Counted from the stretch's first letter, positions 50,611 through 64,000 are shown. The stretch: DNA of 64,000 nt from Eledone cirrhosa (GCA_964016885.1 OZ024742.1:223014001-223078000), one strand, 5' to 3'. Translations and numbers: made by a program. Notes: a model not told the origin generated them from the sequence alone.

Positions 50611-51494
50611 ATATGTGAAATGGTATGTACTGCTACATGGTGGTGGTGGTAGTTATGTGAAGTGGCATGTACTGCTACATGGGGAAGGAGGGGTTAACAT
50701 GGAGGATATGGGAAATGTTGGGGAGCTATAAATGAAAGATATGATAAGTGGTATGTACTGCTACATGATGGTGCTGGTGGGTCACTGTGAAGATATGTGA
50801 AGTGGTATGTACTGCTACATGAGGACGGAGAAGTGTTTAACATGCAAGATATGTGAAGTGGTGTGTTGCTACATGAGGAGATTTAACATGAAAGATATGT
50901 GAAGTGATATGTGTTGCTACATGAAGGGGTACATACATGGAAGTTATGTGAAGTGATATGTACTGCTACATGTGTAGCGGGAGGGTAGTCATATGGAAAT
51001 TATGTGAAGTGGTATATGCTGCTACATGGGAGTAGGGGGGGGGGGGGGGTATACAGGGAAATATATGAAGTGGTATGTGCTGCTACAAGGTAGGTAGTTA
51101 TACATGGAAATTATGTGAAGTGGTATGTGCTGCTACATGGGAGTAGGGGGGGGGGTATACAGGGAAATATATGAAGTGGTATGTGCTGCTACAAGGTAGG
51201 GAGTTATATATGGAAATTATGTGAAGTGGTATGTGCTGCTACATGGGAGTAGGGGGGGGGGGGTATACAGGGAAATATATGAAGTGGTATGTGCTGCTAC
51301 AAGGTAGGGAGTTATACATGGAAATTATGTGAAGTGGTATGTGCTGCTACATGGCAGGTATGGAAGATATATGAAGTGATATGTACTGCTACATGGTGAG
51401 GAGGAGGAGGGGGGGGGGGTTTATACATGGAAAATATCTGAGTGGTATGCACTGCTACATGGGGTGGTATGAAGTGGTATGTACTGCTACATGG
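50611..51494. repeat. Minisatellite: ~17 copies of a ~30-bp core with variable G-rich linkers
   Basis: Core tatgtgaagtggtatgt(a/g)ctgctacatg; a two-unit higher-order repeat at ~51000-51325. Confidence 0.9.
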
Positions 51495-51662
51495 AGCATA
51501 TGTAAAAGAATGTTCCAGTAAGCTGTTGGAATAGTAGGTCTCACAAACATGTTAAGACATGATTGAGGCAAGTGGTGACAATACGATATACAGCAGATCT
51601 GTCTAGTCCATGCTAGCTTGGAGGAAACATGGATGTTTCTAGGTTGATGATGATGATAATGT

Positions 51663-51698
<36 letters not shown>

Positions 51699-51985
51699 GG
51701 ATGATGATGATCCTCCTCCTCCTCCTCCTCCTCCTCCTCCTCCTCCTCCTCCTCCTCCTCCTCATCATCATCATCATCATCATCATCATAATCACCACCC
51801 CTCCTCCTCCTCATCATCATCATCATCATCATCATCATAATCACCACCCCTCCTCCTCCTCCTCATCATCATCATCATCATCGTCGTCGTCGTTGTCGTT
51901 GTCGTCAACATCATTTCACAACTGTCTTCCCTGCTAACATGTATGTTATGATATGTGTATACTATGATGTATGTTATGATGGATG

Positions 51986-52058
<73 letters not shown>

Positions 52059-52729
52059 GTCGTCATCATCATCGTCATCATCATTATTTTCTTTACCCTC
52101 CTCATCAGACCAGGGTCTGGTCAGGGAGCTAGTTTAGTTGCTGACCACTCGATGATGAAGCAGGTTGTACTGGGTTACACTGTACCAGTGTCAGGCAGAA
52201 GCCTGACCTACCATTATAGAGAGAATATATACGTATGCATTTTTTTTTTCTTTATAAAATAAAACTATACCGTTTCATAAAAGAGTAGTATATTAAAGTA
52301 AAAACTTTAGAATATCATGAAGAATGTCATGGAGGACTGCCAAATTTTACAGACAGACCCTGTAGAAACCCTCTTTTTTTTCATGATCCCCAGGAATATT
52401 TCAATCAAAATTTTGGGTTTATATGAACCCTGGCTGGAGACGCTGATCGAAAGTCATGAGTTACAAAATGGGTTCTGCAAGGTAAGGTGTCTTTTGATAA
52501 ATTAAATATTTTGTATAATATTTTATATGAATAAATTCTCTCTCTGAAACAATTTTTGTTTCATTTAATGTCTTATCAAAATTAAGGTGCGGGGAGACTG
52601 CCTGTAAAATATAGGTATGGGTTCTGCGATTTTTGAAAAATTGTATTGTAAAGGGGTAGTACTGGTGCCAAAGTAAAATGCACTCAGCCGACTCGCTAAA
52701 GTGATGTCAGAGCTATAATGCATGCATGC

Positions 52730-53113
52730 ATACATGTATTTCTGTTTGTATGTATTTTTATATGTATGTATCTTTGTATGTATGTATGTATGTATGTATC
52801 TTTGTATGTATGTATCTTTGTATGTATGTATGTATGTATGTTTGTATGTATGTATGTATGTATCTATGTATGTATGTATCTTTGTATGTATGTATGTATG
52901 TATGTTTGTATGTATGTATGTATCTTTGTATGTATGTATGTATGTATCTTTGTATGTATGTATGTATGTATCTTTGTATGTATGTTTGTATGTATGTATG
53001 TATGTATCTATGTATGTATGTATCTTTGTATGTATGTATGTATGTATGTTTGTATGTATGTATGTATGTATCTTTGTATGTATGTATGTATGTATCTTTG
53101 TATGTATGTATGT
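52730..53113. repeat. (TATG)n compound microsatellite
   Basis: TATG runs punctuated by tctt and tttg variants. Confidence 0.95.
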
Positions 53114-53181
53114 AAGGGTGGAAGAACACATAAGAGTCAACGGCCATCCGAAAGTGTGTAAATATGTATATACACATGTAC

Positions 53182-53512
53182 CGCGCGGTTAAACCACTGG
53201 GAGTGAAGGACCTCTAGCCTTTGTCTGGGCATTCTTCTAGGAGGAGGCAACTCAGGAAACTGGGATAACTTTGATATAAAACCTGCGGCTCAGTAGTTAC
53301 TGATGATGTTGATCTTTTCTTCTTTTCGGGTTATAGCTCCTGTCGCCCAGAGAGTGGGATTGGCTCAGTGCACAGTCTTTCCTCACTTTAAAAAATATCT
53401 TCATGCACAGGCATTGCACGATAGAATTAATTAATAATTATTAATAATGGTATATCGTGCAATGGCCATACTCGATAACGAGGGGGCAGCCATCATGTAT
53501 GTATGTATGTAT
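53182..53512 (+). mobile_element. Bipartite non-autonomous RTE derivative (5' UTR fused to 3' end)
   Basis: 53182-53447 closely matches 53677-53941; 53455-53506 is identical to the RTE terminus at 57642-57693. Confidence 0.8.
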
Positions 53513-53676
53513 GATGGTAATATATATATGTGTGTGTGTGTGTTTGTATGCATGAGTATTGGTGGTTGCATGTATGAGTGAGTGTGTGTGTGTGTGTGTG
53601 TCGTACGTATGAGTGTCAATAAGTGATTTTTTTTTTATGCGTGGGGACATAGAAATAATCGGGCTGGATACCTGAT

Positions 53677-56600
53677 CGTGCAGTTAAACCACTGGGAGTG
53701 AAGGACCCCTAGCCCTTGTCAGGGCGTTCTTCTAGGAGGAGGCATCTCAGGAAACTGGGTTAACTCCGACATAAAACCTGCGACTCAGTAGTTACTGATG
53801 ATGTTGATCTTTTCTTCTTTTCGGGTTATAGCTACTGTCGCTCAGAGAGTGGGATTGGCTCAGTGCACAGTCTTTCCTCACTTTAAAAATATTCATCACG
53901 CACAGGCATTGCACGATTGCATTAATTAATGATTATTAATAGTGGCCGAGGTTAACTTTGCCTTTCATCCTTACGGGGTTGATAAAATAAAGTACCAGTA
54001 ATGCTCTGGGTAATTGCTGGCCTTGTGCCAAAAGTAGAAACAATTATTATTATTATTATTATTACTTTTTTTTTCCCAATTCAATGATGTTCCAAAACAA
54101 TATAAAAGAGATAATTGACAATAAGGGCAAGGGCCCCAGGGTATCACAGCCTGGGCCCGTTCGTCATCGGGCCACTGTAATAGAGCCAAACAAGGCATTT
54201 AATATTGGCTGCTGGAACGTACGGACGCTGCTTGACAGGGATTCCTTGGAATGTCCTGAACGAAGGACCGCTCTTGTTGCAAAGGAGCTTTAACGTTACA
54301 ATCTTGACATTGTAGCTTTATCTGAGATGAGGTTAGCTGGAGATGGTCATCTTACGGAATTTTGTGGAGAATATACATTCTTCTGGAAAGGAAGCTATGA
54401 AGAAACCAGAAGAGAGGCTGGAGTAGCATTTGCTGTTAAGACTACTCTTGTGGATAAATTAGAAGAATTCCCAGCGGGAATTCCGCTGGATAAAGGAAGA
54501 TATGCGACCCTGGTGAGTGTGTATGGTCCAACTATGAATTCTGTCGATGAAGAAAAAGTGTCTTTTTACCATGCCTTGAAAGGTGTTTTAAGAAATATCC
54601 CTCAGGCAGACAAGGTCATCGTGCTTGGTTACTTTAATGCTAGAGTGGATAGGGATTTTAACACATGGAATGTAATCAGAAGGCATGGGGTGGGAAAGTA
54701 TAACAATGGTATGATCCTGCTGCAGATGTGTGAGGAGCTGGATCTGTGTGTTACCAACACCATGTTCCAGCAAAAGAACAAATTTCAGACCACATGGATA
54801 CATCCTGCATCTAAGGAATGGCATCTTTTGGACTACGTCCTTGTGAGGATGCGTGACAGGCGGGATGTGCAGTGTGTTCGTGCTCTTTGTGGAGCTGAGT
54901 GCTGGATAGACCACCGCCTGGTATGCGCAAAAGTGAAACTAATCACTAAATGTAAAATCCGGGTTCCTGGTGTTACCCTGCTCAGAAGATTGAATGCTGC
55001 TCGTCTTAGAGATAAAAATGTGAAGAGGACATTGCGAGAAGAGATGCATGTTGCAGATCTTGGTGAGGATTGGCCGACCCTGAAAAAGTTGGTTTATGAT
55101 GTAGGCAGGCGTGTTCTGGGATTGGTGCAGAGAAAACATCAAGACTTGTTTAATGAGAATGAGGAACATATAAATGACTTGTTGGCTGATAAGAGGCGTG
55201 CTCTGTCACATTATTTGACAGCAAAACCACAGGAGAAGAATATGTTGTATAAGGAACTCAAGGATGTGAAATCATGTGTTAGGTGGAGTCTTTCTCAGAT
55301 GAAGGATAAGTGGTGGAGTGAGAAGGCTGATGAGATACAGGCTGCATCAGACTCCAATAACACAAAGCTGTTGTACAGTCTCTTGTGTGAAGTTTATGGA
55401 CCGTCTTCTTCTCTGGTGATACCACTTCGCAGCCAGGATGGCAAGGAACTTCTTTGTGACTCACAAGGAATTCTACAAAGGTGGCGAGTGCACTTTGATG
55501 AACTTTTGAATCAGCCGTCTGTCGTCAATGAAGATTTCCTCAATCTCATTCCTGAAAAACCTGTGAAAGTAGCTCTTGCAGAATCACCGACGCTTGTGGA
55601 AGTTGCAGTAGCTATCTCGAAGCTGACCAGTGGAAGGTCTCCAGGTATGGATGGCAAACATGCAGAGCTCTTACAATAGGGTGGTGAGAGACTTCTGCAA
55701 CATCTTCACTCTTTGTTTGGCAGGATATGGGCTAGTGAATCCATACCTGAGGACTGGAGAGATGCAGTAATGGTGGTCTTGTACAAGGGAAAGGGTAACA
55801 AGAATGATTGTGGAAACTACAGAGGTGTATCCTTGCTTTCTGTCATCGGAAAAAATGTATGTAGGGTGCTTCTGGACCATCTGCTGACACGCATTGCAGA
55901 TTGTGTTCTTCCTGAAAGTCAATCTGGTTTTTGTGCTGGACGCGGCACTACTGATATGATCTTCTCAGCTAGACAGCTCCAGGAGAAGTGTATGGAATAA
56001 GGTTTGGATCTGTATCAGGTTTTTGTCGTTCTGACAAAAGCTTTTGATACTATTAACAGAAATGCATTGTGGAAGGTTCTCCAGAAACTTGGTTGCCCTG
56101 ATAAGTTCCTTGCTTTGGTTAGGTCTTTCCATGATGACATGAAGGCTTGGGTTAATGTCAGAGGTAGTATGTAGGAGCCTATCTCAGTAAAAAATGGAGT
56201 GAAACAGGGGGATATTCCAGCACCGATCCTGTTTGCCATGTACTTTGCAAAGGTTTTCTATGTTGCGTTCAGGAATTGCGAGCATCCAATATCGAACCTC
56301 AGGCAGCATATTTAACATCAGGCGCTTTGCTGCAAAAACAAAAGTATTTACATCAATCATAAGAGACCTCGTGTATGCAGATGATTGCGATCTTGTAGCG
56401 CACACAGAGAGTGATATGCAGCACATTTCGAATGCATTTTCTGATGCTTGCACTGTCCTAGGATTGACTGTCAGTCTCAAGGAAACCGTTGTTATGTACT
56501 AACCTGCCTCTGGTAAGCAGTGCAGTGAGCCAAATATCTGTGTATGGTAAACGACTTGGAGTGGTTGATCAGTTTGTCTACCTGGGAAGCACTGTCAATC

Positions 56601-57700
56601 GATACAGCAGCCTTGATAATGAAATTCCATGCAGGAGTAGGAAAGCAAGTGATGCTTTCGGAAAGCTAGAAAGGCGACTCTGGGGTCGGCGAGACATATG
56701 CAAGAAGACAAAGGTAAAGGTGTACAAGGCATGTATGCTCTCTTCTCTTCGTTATGCCTGCGAGAGCTGGGTCACTTATCGACACCACCTTAAACAATTG
56801 GAGCGTTTCCATCAGATGTGTCTCAGACGGATCCATGGCGTTCACTGGAGGGACCACATCAGTGATGTTGAGATTTTGGAAAGCACTCTGTGTGACAGTA
56901 TAGAAGCTCTTGTGCTTAAGCAAAAACTCCGTTGGAGTGGTGACCTTGCCAGGATGAAGGATTCTAGAATACCAAAACAACTCTTTTATGGAGAGTTAGT
57001 TAAAGGAAAACTACCTCCACATAAACCAAAAAGAGGTATAAGGATTCGTTGAAAGCCTTTTTGAAAGACGCTAACATCTCTGCTGATACATTGGAAAATG
57101 CTGCTGCTGATCGTAATAAATGGAGAACGACTGTACATGAGGGGAAAGTTGCCTTTGAGGCATATTGAATCGCATACGAGAAAGTAAAGAGGGATGTGAG
57201 GAAGGGCATTACTGTTGCATTTCCAGACAACGAAGGTCCTCCTATGGCACTGACATGCAGCATCTGTGCAAGACTCTGCCTCAGCAAAGCTGGACTCAAA
57301 ACTCATCTTCGCAGTTATAAAATGAGACCAGTGGTTGACTACCAGGCTGCTGTTGGAGATGCTACTCATCATGCCTGCCAAGCATGTGGTAGAGAATGTA
57401 AATCAGCAGGAGGGCTCAAACGACATGCAAAAGTTCATGAACTCCAGCCACAGCCGGCTATTCCCAGTGAATGTTTTGGGTGCCGACTCTGTGCAAGACA
57501 TTTTAGATCATTGGCTGGGCTAAAAAGCCACATTCGATCGCAGCACTGTTAATTGTTATTGTGTGTGTGTGTGTATATGTATATATATTATTATTATTAT
57601 TATTGTTGTTTTTATTATTGTCGTTATTATGTTTTTTTTTTTCGTGCAATGGCCATACTCGATAACGAGGGGGCAGCCATCATGTATGTATGTTTGTATG
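53677..57700 (+). mobile_element. Full-length RTE (BovB-like) LINE: APE-RT-3xC2H2, disrupted; SINE piece at ~53944-54065 in the 5' UTR
   Basis: IGCWNVRTLLD, ERRTALVAKEL, WHLLDYVLVR, DHRLV, CGNYRGVSLLS, PESQSGF, LVYADDC, LRWSG and three C2H2 motifs; (TATG)n tail. Confidence 0.93.
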
Positions 57701-60170
57701 TATTCTATTATGTCAGATCTATGACATCAGTGTTACAATGTATACAATAATATTAAATCTATGCCAGCCATTAATGTTACAAACTGTTTACCACACAATA
57801 AAATACACCAAGTCCACTTTTGTAAAGCGTTAGGGCTAGTGCCTCAATACAAATAACCCAGGTCCACTCTGTCAGAAACTAGTGCTGATGCCATGATAAA
57901 ACACATGAAATGGTTGGTATTAGGAAGGGCATCCAGCTATCTGACCTATCAAAACTCAAAAGGTGATAACCCATCTAACCCATGCAAGCATGGAAAATAG
58001 ATGTAAAACAGTGATGATGATGATGATGATAAGGAGGAGGAGGAGGATAAGGGTTATAGATTGTAGGATATAGCTGTACTATTTTAGCTGTGTAAGCAAC
58101 ACCCTAGCACAGGGGTGGGGTGGGAAACATGAACAGCCATATTTAGCTGAAAAAAAATAACAATTGTGACTTTCAGAGTCGCACAATTTATTCTAAACAA
58201 ACATACATACAAGAAAAGATGAATTTAGCTAATGTTCTTCTTACTTAATGAGGTTTTGAATCTTATCTGACAGTGCTTTAATGTTCAAGTCATAAGTCAT
58301 GGTTTTAATTTCAGTTTAAGATAGTGAATTTAATGAAATAAATAAAATAAAATAATTCAAAGCACGTAAGAGCCAGTCAAAATAGAATAAAGAACCACAT
58401 GTCACAATAGATCTGCAGGTTCCTGGTTCCTGCCATAGTATGACGTTCACTTGGAGAGAATCAATAACTGTTCTGAGTAGAGGTATTTTCTGGCTCAAAA
58501 GATGTTCTGAGTGCTGTTTTTGCTATATGTAGTCACCATGATGGTGAAAGCAATGTGGCTTAGTGGTTAGAGTGTTCGGCTCACAATCATACAGTTGTGA
58601 ATTCCATTCTTAGTGATGCATGTGATGCAAAACACTTTATTTCACATTGTTGCAGTTTACTCAGCTGGAAAAAATGAATTGTACCTGTAATTCAAGGGGC
58701 TAGCTTTTCTTGACACTGTGTCCCATTGAATCTCAATAAGGGTGCACATGTCTAAGGAATGCTTGATCACTTGCATGTTAAGTTCATGAACAGGCTTTCA
58801 ATATAAAAATAATTGACTTTAAATTATAGATTTTACTTTGAAGTTTGTAATTTTTGTAATTCTGCTGCAGGTTCAGCTCTGAGGACTAGATCATTAACAC
58901 CCAGTCTTAAAATCTTCTGTTATGGCCAAGAGAACAATAATAAATAGGAGAAAGCTAATAACACAGCCCTGGTGGATCTCATTCTACACATTAAATTTCT
59001 CACTATACTCATTGGTAACTCTAACCTTACAGCCTGCCCCTCTGTAAATAGCTTGTACTGCCCTCATACATATGGGATGATAGCATAGAGAAGATGGCAC
59101 CCACCTGTCATTATATCTGACACCCTTCCCATCTACTTTCCGATACATTAAACCCACTAAATAATTGTTTCTACTTTTGGCACAAGGCCAGCAATTATCC
59201 CAGTGCATTACTTGTGCTTTATTTTATCGACCCCGTAAGGATGAAAGGCAAAGTTAACCATGGCAGTATTTGAACTCAGAACGTAAAGGGCCATAACTCT
59301 ATGCTGCAAAGCATGATGTCTGACATTCTACTGATACTGCCAATGCACTGCCCTAAATCCAAACCCACTAAATAATTGTTTCTACTTTTGGCACAAGGCC
59401 AGCAATTATCCCTGTCCATTACTGGTACTTTATTTTATTGATCCCGTAAGGATGAAAGACAAAGCTAACCTGGTGGGATTTGAACTCAGACCGTAAAGGG
59501 CCATAACTCTATGCTGAAAACCATGGCGTCCAGTCCTCTACTGATACTGCCAATCCACTGTCCTCTAAGCAATGCTTATCAGTATACCCCAAATTTTCCC
59601 ACCTAAAACCTCTGTTAGCCCCAGCTTACTCACATCCTTCTCTTCCCTCCTCTCATATCTAACCTAAACCAACATGGAACGTTAGAATGGACCTTCTCTG
59701 ATTTACGTATCATCCCTGACATCTTTCTTATCCAACCCAAACCAACACAGAAAGCTAGACACACACCACAATATGTCAGACACTACCCACTCGCTTCTCC
59801 TATCAGCAAGCAGCATATAGCCTGCACCTCACTACCATCAATGTTTCGACAGTCTGACACATTGAGCCCCCTAATATTGTAGTGAGTTAGTGTTGGTGCC
59901 ATGATAAAAAACACCCTCTTGACCCTGTAAAGTGGTTGGCATTAGGAAGGGTATCCAACTGTAGAAAACCAAGCCCAAAACAGACTGCATGGTCACCTGA
60001 ACTGTCTGACCTCATTACGTGACAGCCCATCTAACTCATGTACCAATGGAAAATAGACATAAACGACAATGATCTCTTTCTCTCTCTCTCTCTCTCTATC
60101 TATATATATATATATACATCATCATCATCATTTTACGTCTGCTTTTCCCTGCTTGCAAGGGTGGGACATA

Positions 60171-60204
<34 letters not shown>

Positions 60205-60408
60205 ATCAAAAGATGGTTAAAAGAGTTCCATGTATTTTATTATGCGCATTTCAAAAACAAATATCATCATGCAATAACATTTGTATTTTCATCAGATAAA
60301 ATAGGAAGACATGATATGAAGGTTAAAAAACACTTGTGGATAGTGCAGTTTTAAATCAACATATTTAAATCAACATTGCTTTATTGTACTACAATAAAAC
60401 TCACCTCC

Positions 60409-60440
<32 letters not shown>

Positions 60441-60544
60441 CTACGTTTTTGTATTTGTTTTGCAAAATTATTGACATGACATCCTGTGTTGAAACATATT
60501 TTTATACTTTGTGAGGGTCATTCTGCCCATATATATATGTGAAT

Positions 60545-61430
60545 AATCACGTAACATTTGATACACTATTCTAGTTCTTGATTTGAAGCGTTGCTGATTG
60601 AAGATGCCTCCTGTAGTTCGGTATTCCAATAAGACACCTTCAGTAATGCCTGAGAAAGCATATTGAAGCATTTCTGAGAAGAATAAGGCAAAGAGCACTA
60701 TAGCCAATGCCCATCCTTGTTTTGTACTGTTTTTCACATCAAATGACTGTTTGTTCACCATTAGAGTATACAAAGGCTTTCATGTCTTTAAGTAAGGATA
60801 TAATCACTTTGAACATTTGCTCAGGAATGCCAAACTTTCTCAGAACCATAATGCCTTGTGTAATACAGTGTTGAAGGTTTTTTGTGAGATCGACAAAGAC
60901 TACATACAAGTCCTTGTCATGCTCATGAGCTTTTCCTGTAGCTGCCACAAACTGAAGATCATATCTACAGTCCCACATCCTGACCTAAAGCCACATTGAC
61001 TTTCAAGGTAGATGTTAGGCACCAAGTTTTCATTAATTCTATTCAGCATGAGTCATGCAAGGGTTTTTCCTGCCTTGGAAAGTAATGATATGCCTCAGTG
61101 GTTGCCACATTCGCACTTATTGCCTTTGTGTGTGTATAGATGAATAATTATGGCATCTTAAAATGTTGGAGGATGGATCCAGAGCTGCACAAGAAGTTCA
61201 GTGTGTTTCTGTATCAGATCATTGCCTCCACACTTAAACATTTTTTCCAGGTATGTCATCCTCCCCAGGAGCTTTCCCTTTTGTCAGAAGTTTAACAGCT
61301 GTCTTTACATCTGCTGTTGATGGGGTATTTCAAGAGAATCTATAAGTGGTCTCTGGGGGAGGTTTTCTATCAGATTTATATCAGCATTCGATTCCTTGTT
61401 GAGTACTTCTTTAATATGCTCTGTCATATT
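60545..61430 (-). mobile_element. Degenerate RTE (BovB-like) RT fragment
   Basis: DLYVVFVDLTK, LRKFGIPEQMFKVI, KQGWALAIVLFALFFS, YRTTGGIFN. Confidence 0.8.
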
Positions 61431-61679
61431 ATACATACATGTATGTAGAAATATCCATAGCTGTGAAAAAGGAAGACAGTGCTCAATCAGGAAGCATATA
61501 AGCGCCTGAAGATTAGGTCAACATTTTTATCCCTCTTACATTCTGGAGACATGGTCAATATGGGGCCTTGAAACCTTAGGTAACGCTTTTGTTCCGTGTA
61601 TGAACATAAATAATATATTATAATATATATATATATATGTGTGTGTGTGTTGTGTGTATCTGTTATATTTGTATGGTCC

Positions 61680-62060
61680 AACTCTTTGCCGCAAATCTTT
61701 TATTCACGACCAGATATGGTCGGCTGATTTCGGTAGATTCCGTAACGGTCCGTACAATGAAACATGTCGCTGTAAAACGTTTACATTACTTCCGGTTGCT
61801 AACATTAGTCTGTGGTTTATTATCCGTCTTTATTTTTTAAAACAGTTAACGGTGTGGCTTGGCTTTGGATGGATGCTTATACACTACTACTTGCCACAGA
61901 TGTAGGTTAGTGAGTATAAAAACTCAACATCTACTATTTCAGATCGTCACGATAAGAGCGAGGGAGTAAAAAAAAGTTAATTGATGAATTAGACAGGCGG
62001 AGGCGGGCAAATGAGCGCTTCTTCTCTCTCCCTATTTTTACCAACGACGGAGGCGGCTAT
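61680..62060. promoter_or_regulatory. Locally CpG-enriched unique segment, possible promoter / first exon
   Basis: Many CpGs against a CpG-poor background; ETS-like acttccgg near 61788; GGCGG motifs near 61997-62007. Confidence 0.35.
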
Positions 62061-62199
62061 TACCATTACTATAACCGTGACCAACTCCAACTTTCATTGA
62101 TTTGTAATGGATGAAAAGAAAAAAAAACTTGAATCAATCCATTTGTTTGTGTTTCTTCTATAATAGAGACGAGAGATCGTGCTTCCCTCATCATCATCA

Positions 62200-62830
62200 T
62201 CATCTTAATCACTGGTGGAACGTAAAATAATGTAACTTCTCTCTTTCTTATTCCGAACTTTCGCTCCATCTTTCCCACCTCTTTCTCTCGTTTCATTCCT
62301 ACTTCTGTTTGTTTCTCTCGTTTCATTCTTTCTTCTGCTTGTCTCTCTTTCTCTTGTTTCATTCTTATTTCTGTTTGTCTCGCTCTCCCCATCCCATCGT
62401 TTCTCTCTCTCTCCATCTGTCGTTCTATCACTTCTTTTCTCTCACCTCTCGTTATATTACATCTTCATCTCTCTCCTCCTCCCTCGCCCTCATTCCATCA
62501 CTTCACTCCATCTCGTTATATCACGTCTCCATCTCTTTCCCACTTTATCATTCCATCACTTCTCTATCTTTCTCGTTACATTCTTAGGCTTCTCTTATCT
62601 CACTCTCTTTCATTCCATAATCTCTCTATCTCTCACACTCACCCTCTATCGTTTCACCACCTCTAACTCTCTTGTTCCATCACATCTCTCTCCCCCTCTC
62701 TCGTTCCATCACTTCTCTTTCTCCCACTCACTTGTTCCACCCCTGCTTCTCCATCTCCCCTCTCTATACATCTCACCATCTCTCTCTCTCGCACTCTTAC
62801 ACATTCTCTAATACTCTCTCAGCTCACCAA
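62200..62830. repeat. Pyrimidine-rich low-complexity tract
   Basis: Degenerate CT-rich units such as ttccatcacttctct. Confidence 0.8.
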
Positions 62831-63021
62831 AATCTCTGCCAAGATGTGCAGTGGCGGTGTTGTAACATTATATTTATGATAGTCTATACAAATAGACATT
62901 TCCTATATACACAAATTCACCGAATTTTAACTACAAGGCTTATATCTACGTACACAAACTGTCCACAGAACCTCATCTGGAAACAAGGTAAGAAACACAT
63001 ACCTATATATATATACCCATA

Positions 63022-63099
<78 letters not shown>

Positions 63100-64000
63100 A
63101 ATTTCTCCGTTGGAATGAAGAGAAACTCATTTAAGATTTAACCACAAAAAGTAAATATAAATATGTACCATAGTAACAACGTGTATAGGTTGTCTATGCA
63201 TATGATCATACCAACGTATATATATATATATACGTGCGTATATGTTGAGTTGTTCGCATATATGTTTGTGTGTATGTTGAGTTGATCATATGTTGATTTG
63301 AACTTATGTATGTGTATATATATATGATTTTATATCGTCTCTCCCTCTCTCTATATATGTATATATTTATACACACACACACGCACTTGTTGTCCTTGCA
63401 TGTGTCCACTTATATAATCCCATTAACAAAATCTGTGAATGTCAACGAATTTTCCTATATTATTTTATTTCCATCTACTAACTCAATCAATGTCTATTGA
63501 TGGTGGTGGGAAGAAGAAAGACTGAAAAAAGAAGGAAGTTTCTGTTTTTCTTTCTCTCTCTTCATCTATCTTTTATTTTTTTACCATTCCATAACCACAC
63601 CAAAGAAGAAAAAGTATAGAGCTAAACTAGAACACCAGATTATTAGGGTAGATGATGTGTGTTTCAACAACTATTTCCACCATCCCAAATTTCGGTCAGA
63701 TAAAGCTGTGATGATGAATACATACAAGGTGGTCATGTTTCTCAATGTCCATGCAATCAATTGTCTCTCTCCACCCCTCACTCTCTCTCTAACATCGCTG
63801 GATTATATAGCAACAAAACTTGGGATATTTTAAACACTTGTAACTATTGGATTTTTTTTTTGAAAATCAAATAAACTGATTTGTGCCAATTTATGTACGT
63901 ATGTGTGTATGTTTGTATACCCACAGACACTTGAGACTACTAAGAACATTATTCAACTTAGTACTTCATACTTTAAAGAAAGTAGACTGTAGATAGACAT

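Noticed and set aside
50611-51494. CRISPR array
   Set aside because: Eukaryotic context with no cas genes. The repeats are degenerate, and the spacers are low-complexity, variable in length and recur as a higher-order dimer.
52565-53192. Several overlapping 130-190 aa ORFs
   Set aside because: Artefacts of the (TATG)n microsatellite.
53694-53762. HDV-like ribozyme in the RTE 5' UTR
   Set aside because: P1/P2/P3-like pairings can be drawn, but the L3 consensus, P1.1 and the catalytic C in J4/2 are not evident.
58316-58560. Possible exon in unique-looking sequence
   Set aside because: No recognisable protein motif or convincing splice-site pair in any frame.

Overview
AT-rich, microsatellite-dense eukaryotic (animal) DNA; the SINE/LINE repertoire and the (TA)n/(ATC)n load suggest a cephalopod such as Octopus (inference, not verified). 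Two host genes are supported. One is an intact, intronless TECR (very-long-chain enoyl-CoA reductase) on the minus strand at 6431-7351. The other is a BolA1-like gene on the plus strand, assembled by hand from six short exons (14793-23626) plus a tentative ATG exon at 13038; the ORF track does not recover it. The rest is mostly transposable-element remnants: mariner and Tigger/pogo transposons, MITEs, a non-autonomous Helitron, CRE/R4-like, CR1, Tx1 and several RTE LINEs, tRNA-derived SINEs, Penelope-like fold-back remnants with hammerhead-type cores, and minisatellites. The most notable observations are: (i) a full-length RTE with three C-terminal C2H2 fingers next to its own 5'UTR+3'end mini-derivative, whose ends are complementary; (ii) an RTE family with a PHD finger inside the RT domain that repeatedly sits in (TA)n tracts; (iii) a young Tx1 with a 13-bp TSD; (iv) hammerhead-like fold-backs; (v) a repeat-spacer-like minisatellite. 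No prokaryotic system or real CRISPR array is present. All TE assignments come from motif recognition by eye.
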